DNA from: an uncultured Gammaproteobacteria bacterium
GTDB taxonomy: Bacteria > Patescibacteriota > Patescibacteriia > CAIXNZ01
NCBI GenBank assembly: GCA_964590345.1
Contig: CAZPVP010000002.1
Coordinates: forward strand, 9,945-73,944
Length of the DNA stretch: 64,000 bases
Direction: 5' to 3'
Shown here: positions 59,620-64,000 of the stretch, piece after piece
Numbering within the stretch: position 1 is the stretch's first letter
Layout: every line of letters starts with the position of its first letter
Translations under genes and position numbers: made by a program
Notes under the pieces: model-generated
The model's input: the letters and a program-made list of their open reading frames with translations, nothing else
Databases searched by the model: none
What the model was told of the DNA's origin: nothing

Positions 59620-60636
59620 ATGTCTGATTTAAAATTTAGCATCTTAATCCCGACCTACAATGGCGCTGGTGTCATTACTGAAACATTAAAAAGCATTTTA
59701 AGTCAAAGCTTTACTAATTATGAAATTATTATTCAGGACGATGCTTCCAAAGATAATACTGAAAAAGCTATTAAAAAAATAAATGATTCGCGTATAAAAT
59801 TTTATAAAAATCGCAAAAATTTAAGTTATGCCGTTAATTTAGAGCAAGGGCGCAAAAATTGTACTGGCGAAATTATTTATTTAATGGGACAAGATGATAT
59901 TTTAGCCAAAGATGCTCTTTTGAATACTTATAACGCCTTTAAGATGTCTGATAAAATTGGCGCTGTTACACGTCCTTATTTTTGGTTTTTTAATGATATT
60001 CAAGAACCAGTTAGAGCGAAAAAACAACTTTATCCAGACCAAAACAAGGACGAAATTGTTAAAATTACTGATGATTTTAAAAGAGTTTTGGCTGTTTTTC
60101 GCACTTTAGATCAATTATCTGGCTTAGCTTATCGCGTTAAATATATGGATAAAGGCTTTCATTCTGATTGTTTTCCCTGTCATATTTATCCTTTTGCTTC
60201 AATTTTCAAAAAACATCCCATTGTTTTTCTTAAAGATTATAATATTGCTGTACGAATTCTAAGTAGCCAGACCAGATATATTTCTTCAATTTATGAAAAA
60301 TCACCAATGCTTAGCTGGGTGCAAATGTTTGATAATGTTTTTCATGAACCTCAATTTAAAAAATTCAAAAAGAAAATGATTAAAAATTTTGTAGCCACTA
60401 ATTATGTTGGTTTGGTCCAATTAAAAAATTATGCCCGTTATCAAGTTTTGCTGCGCGAAATTTTTTATCTTTTAAAATACCGGCGGCAAAATATTTTTAG
60501 CCCCCAGTTCTATTTTTTTAGCCTTGGCTGCGCCTTAACTCCAGCCTCAATTTTAATTCCCTTGGTTGATTTATATAAAAATAAAATAAATACTAAATTA
60601 ATTTCAAATATTAATTTTGATTATTCATATGAATAA
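59620..60636 (+). CDS. GT2 glycosyltransferase
   Basis: SILIPTYN, DDASKD, GQDD. Confidence 0.9.
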   Translation: MSDLKFSILIPTYNGAGVITETLKSILSQSFTNYEIIIQDDASKDNTEKAIKKINDSRIKFYKNRKNLSYAVNLEQGRKNCTGEIIYLMGQDDILAKDALLNTYNAFKMSDKIGAVTRPYFWFFNDIQEPVRAKKQLYPDQNKDEIVKITDDFKRVLAVFRTLDQLSGLAYRVKYMDKGFHSDCFPCHIYPFASIFKKHPIVFLKDYNIAVRILSSQTRYISSIYEKSPMLSWVQMFDNVFHEPQFKKFKKKMIKNFVATNYVGLVQLKNYARYQVLLREIFYLLKYRRQNIFSPQFYFFSLGCALTPASILIPLVDLYKNKINTKLISNINFDYSYE

Positions 60637-61321
60637 ATTAATTTTCAAGCTGCACAATTCTTTAATTTGCAAAAAAATTTTTCATACTTTGAATTACTGC
60701 CTGCAACAAGAATTAAAAAATTGCCAAACTGTTTTAGATTTAGGCTGTGGGCCTGACTCACCTATCCAATTTTGCGCCAATATAAAATACAGCTTGGGGG
60801 TAGAAATTTTTAAGCCATATTTAACCCAATCCCAAAATAAAAAAATTCATTCTCAATATTTAAATCAAAAAATTGAAAATCTAAAATTTCCTGATAAAAG
60901 TTTTGATGCTGTAATCTTACTGGAAGTTTTGGAACATTTACCTGAAAAAACTGGCTTAGAAATTTTAAAAAAAGCTGAAAAATGGTCCCGCAAAAAAACA
61001 ATAATTTCTTCACCCAACGGTTTTATTAAGCAAGAAAAAATTGATAGCAATCCTCTACAAAAACATTTGTCGGGCTGGGATTACAAAAAAATGAAAAAGC
61101 TTGGCTTTAAAATCAAGGGGTTGGCTGGTTTAAAAATTCTACGCAAGGAAACTCAAGATAATACCATGGCAGCCAATTTATACAGTTCCATTAGATTTAA
61201 GCCAAAACTATTTTGGTTTTGCTTAGCCAGTTTGAGTCAACTATTTACATATTACTTCCCTCAATTAGCTTTTGAATTATTTAGTGTAAAAAACATCATT
61301 AATGATGAAAAATCTAATTAA
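60629..61321 (+). CDS. Class I SAM-dependent methyltransferase
   Basis: VLDLGCG, SFDAVILLEVLEH, PNGF. Confidence 0.88.
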   Translation: MNKLIFKLHNSLICKKIFHTLNYCLQQELKNCQTVLDLGCGPDSPIQFCANIKYSLGVEIFKPYLTQSQNKKIHSQYLNQKIENLKFPDKSFDAVILLEVLEHLPEKTGLEILKKAEKWSRKKTIISSPNGFIKQEKIDSNPLQKHLSGWDYKKMKKLGFKIKGLAGLKILRKETQDNTMAANLYSSIRFKPKLFWFCLASLSQLFTYYFPQLAFELFSVKNIINDEKSN

Positions 61322-62075
61322 AAATTACTTAATAAACAAGATGATTGTTTCATTTCATAAAAGTGAAGCTTTTATCAAAAATTTAATTGAAAAATATTGT
61401 CAAGATAAAAATAATTTAAAAATTTTGGATATTGGTTGTGGCGATTGCCAATTAACAAAATATTTTTTTAGTAATGTATATCAAAATAATGAAATCCATG
61501 GCTTAGATCTTAGTCCTGATTGTCAGGCAGATTTTATAATCTATCATCAGGCCGATCTTGAAAACACCAAACTACCTTTTACTAATCAATACTTTGATAT
61601 TGTTTTGATCAACCAAGTTATAGAGCACATTCTAAATAAGGACCAACTGGTTGCTGAATGCTATAGAATTTTAAAATTCAACGGATTTTTTATACTTGCA
61701 ACTGAAAATATTGCTTCCTTTGACAATATAATTTCATTAATTTTGGGCCAAGAGCCAATTAGCCAACATACTAGCAGCAGATTGCACACCAATTCATTTT
61801 TATCTCCTCATTTCATGAAAAAAATTGATCACCCTGATGGCAACAAATATGCACATAAAAATATTTGTTCTTATTATGGCCTACAAAGACTAGCGAGAAT
61901 TAATGGCTTTACTAATTTAAAAATCAAATCTTTTGGCAATATCTCAAATATATTAGAAAAACTATTTCCTATTCATAATCGCTTAATCCTAATTTATGGC
62001 TTTAAAAACCCTGCGACCGAAACTAATAACAATCAAACAAATCGTAAATTCCTGCAAAACAATGCAAATTTTTAA
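61302..62075 (+). CDS. Class I SAM-dependent methyltransferase
   Basis: ILDIGCG, LPF..FDIV..QVIEH. Confidence 0.88.
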   Translation: MMKNLIKNYLINKMIVSFHKSEAFIKNLIEKYCQDKNNLKILDIGCGDCQLTKYFFSNVYQNNEIHGLDLSPDCQADFIIYHQADLENTKLPFTNQYFDIVLINQVIEHILNKDQLVAECYRILKFNGFFILATENIASFDNIISLILGQEPISQHTSSRLHTNSFLSPHFMKKIDHPDGNKYAHKNICSYYGLQRLARINGFTNLKIKSFGNISNILEKLFPIHNRLILIYGFKNPATETNNNQTNRKFLQNNANF

Positions 62076-63699
62076 AAATAACCAACATTTATTGAAATTA
62101 AAAATTAATAATCAACAAATCCAAGAGATCCAAAATATTGCTATTGGCATTTATTCTCCTCTGAAAGGATTTTTAAATGAAGCTGATTTTTACAGCGTTA
62201 TTAACCGCATGCGTTTAAGTAATGGCTTAATTTGGCCAATGCCTATTATTTTAGATATTAATAATAAAACCAGACAGCAAATCAAAAATGAAAAACAAAT
62301 TATTTTAACCGCTCAAAATAATAAGCCTATTGCACTTTTGCAAAACATTCAAATATATAAATATGATAAAAATAATTTAGCTGAAAAAGTTTTTAGCACA
62401 TTAGACAAAAAACATCCTGGCGTGGCGGAAGTTTACAAAATGAATGATTACCTGCTTGGTGGTGAAATAAAAATTATTAATCAATTGCCCAAGATATTTC
62501 CAGCATATAATTTTACGCCAGCTCAAACTAAAAAAATATTCAAACAATTAGGTTGGCAAAAAATTGTTGCCTTTCAAACTCGCAACGTGCCGCATCGCGG
62601 ACATGAATTTCTGCAGCTACAAGCATTGAAATATGCTGACGGAATTTTTATCCAACCAGTTATTGGTCCTAAAAAAAATCAGGATTTTAAAGATGAATAT
62701 ATTATCAGCAGTTATCAAATTTTAATTGATAAATATTATCCTAAAAATAAAGCTCTTTTAGGGATTTTACCTTTAAAAATGAGATATGCTGGCCCGCGCG
62801 AAGCTCTTTGGCATGCTTTAATCAGAAAAAATTTTGGCTGTACTCATATTATTGTTGGCCGAGATCATGCTGGCATAGGCAATTATTATCATCCTTTCGC
62901 CGCACAAAAAATATTTAAACAATTCAAGCAGAAGGAACTGGGCATTAAAATTTTAAAATTTTCTGAAGTTGTTTTTAATAAAAAAAAGAAAGTTCATTGC
63001 TTTATTAATCAATGCTCTCCTAAAGAACAAATCCGCTTTAGCGGCAGTCAATTAAGAACTTTAATAAAAGCAAAAGAAAAACCTCCCGACTATTTAATCA
63101 GACCGGAAATTTATAATGTTTTAAATAATTCAGTTAATTTATTAGTTGACCATATGTATCATCAACAAAATAAAAACCAACAAGGCTTTGTTTTATGGTT
63201 TACAGGTTTATCACAAGCCGGCAAAACAACTATTGCTGACAAAACCTATCAAATTTTATTAAATAAAGGTTATCGCGCTGAACGATTGGATGGAGACATT
63301 GTGCGCGAATCATTAACTAAAGATTTAAAATTTTCTCCAAAAGACCGAGATGAAAATATAAAGCGCATCGGCTTTGTCGCTAATTTATTGAGCCGCAATA
63401 ATATTATTGTTATCGCTTCCTTTATCACGCCTTATCATAGACAAAGGCAAAAATTAAAAAAACAAGTCCACAATTATATTGAAATATTTGTTAATACCCC
63501 CCTGCAAATTTGCGAGCAAAGAGACAGCAAAAATTTATACGCCCAAGCCAGGGCTGGCAAAATTTCAAATTTTACTGGCATTTCTGATCCTTATGAAACT
63601 CCTCAAAATCCTGACATTGAAATTTTGCCAGCCCAAGAATCAGTTGAACAATGCGCTAAAAAAATTATTAATTACTTAAAACAAAAATCATTAATATGA
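62062..63699 (+). CDS. sat: Bifunctional sulfate adenylyltransferase / adenylylsulfate kinase (Sat-CysC)
   Basis: SPLKGF, FQTRNVPHRGHE, MRYAGPREA, VGRDHAG, then WFTGLSQAGKTT, LDGD, FTGISDPYE. Confidence 0.95.
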   Translation: MQIFKNNQHLLKLKINNQQIQEIQNIAIGIYSPLKGFLNEADFYSVINRMRLSNGLIWPMPIILDINNKTRQQIKNEKQIILTAQNNKPIALLQNIQIYKYDKNNLAEKVFSTLDKKHPGVAEVYKMNDYLLGGEIKIINQLPKIFPAYNFTPAQTKKIFKQLGWQKIVAFQTRNVPHRGHEFLQLQALKYADGIFIQPVIGPKKNQDFKDEYIISSYQILIDKYYPKNKALLGILPLKMRYAGPREALWHALIRKNFGCTHIIVGRDHAGIGNYYHPFAAQKIFKQFKQKELGIKILKFSEVVFNKKKKVHCFINQCSPKEQIRFSGSQLRTLIKAKEKPPDYLIRPEIYNVLNNSVNLLVDHMYHQQNKNQQGFVLWFTGLSQAGKTTIADKTYQILLNKGYRAERLDGDIVRESLTKDLKFSPKDRDENIKRIGFVANLLSRNNIIVIASFITPYHRQRQKLKKQVHNYIEIFVNTPLQICEQRDSKNLYAQARAGKISNFTGISDPYETPQNPDIEILPAQESVEQCAKKIINYLKQKSLI

Positions 63700-64000
63700 A
63701 ACAAAATTTCCAAATTGATTTTATTGGTGTTGGCGCTGCTAAATCTGGCACTAGCTGGATAGCCCAATGCTTAAGAGAGCATCCTCAAATCCAATTCTCT
63801 TATACTAAAGAACTTGCTTTTTTTAACCGACAAAATGGTATTTATGACAAAAACCATCAATGGAATTATTTAAAAGGTTTACGCTGGTACCAAAAGCAAT
63901 TTCCCCAAAAACAAAATAATAAACTCATGGGTGAATTCTGCGTTAACTATCTTTATGATCAGCAAACGCCTTTTTTGATAAAAAAACATTTCCCCGATGT
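63696..64000 (+). CDS. Sulfotransferase (3' truncated by window edge)
   Basis: ATGA overlap with sat; DFIGVGAAKSGTSW PAPS-binding loop, HPQI, KELAFF. Confidence 0.88.
   Translation, partial: MKQNFQIDFIGVGAAKSGTSWIAQCLREHPQIQFSYTKELAFFNRQNGIYDKNHQWNYLKGLRWYQKQFPQKQNNKLMGEFCVNYLYDQQTPFLIKKHFPD

Noticed and set aside
1412-63679. Many short ORFs overlapping long genes (e.g. 1412-1615, 3970-4236, 9110-9391, 35695-35934, 50668-51609, 55846-56436)
   Set aside because: Antisense or out-of-frame shadows of well-supported genes, with no motifs of their own

Overview
An AT-rich bacterial chromosome segment. Gene content and style suggest a Patescibacteria/CPR (Parcubacteria-like) genome using the standard genetic code; this assignment is inferred. 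1-22 kb is housekeeping: tmk, gatB, miaA, miaB, thrS with a T-box leader, dnaE, archease-rtcB, a presenilin-like protease, prs, guaA and yvcK, plus an unannotated ~270-nt structured RNA at 16.6-16.9 kb. 22-29 kb is an SOS block. It holds lexA with TTCGG-N6-TTCGG boxes, a four-helix-bundle gene between inverted heptamer arrays inside the lexA leader, a radical SAM/DUF4130 pair, a Panacea-MazF pair with a broken toxin, and a LexA-boxed tcmP/radical SAM pair. 29-46.7 kb is mostly a defence island with two R-M systems. Their conserved gene ends are reiterated between cargo genes (HEPN-like, protease, NYN, DUF3800), and three nuclease genes each face a convergent promoter-hairpin small-RNA unit. 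47.7-53.6 kb has a methyltransferase, a radical SAM/SPASM enzyme and an acyl-synthase-like GNAT between a 7TM histidine kinase and an OmpR regulator, a candidate signal make-and-sense module. 53.6-64 kb is a surface-glycan locus with a flippase, GT2s, a B12 radical SAM, methyltransferases, Sat-CysC and a sulfotransferase. I saw no rRNA, tRNA, CRISPR array, integrase or transposase. Family assignments come from motif recognition, not database searches.
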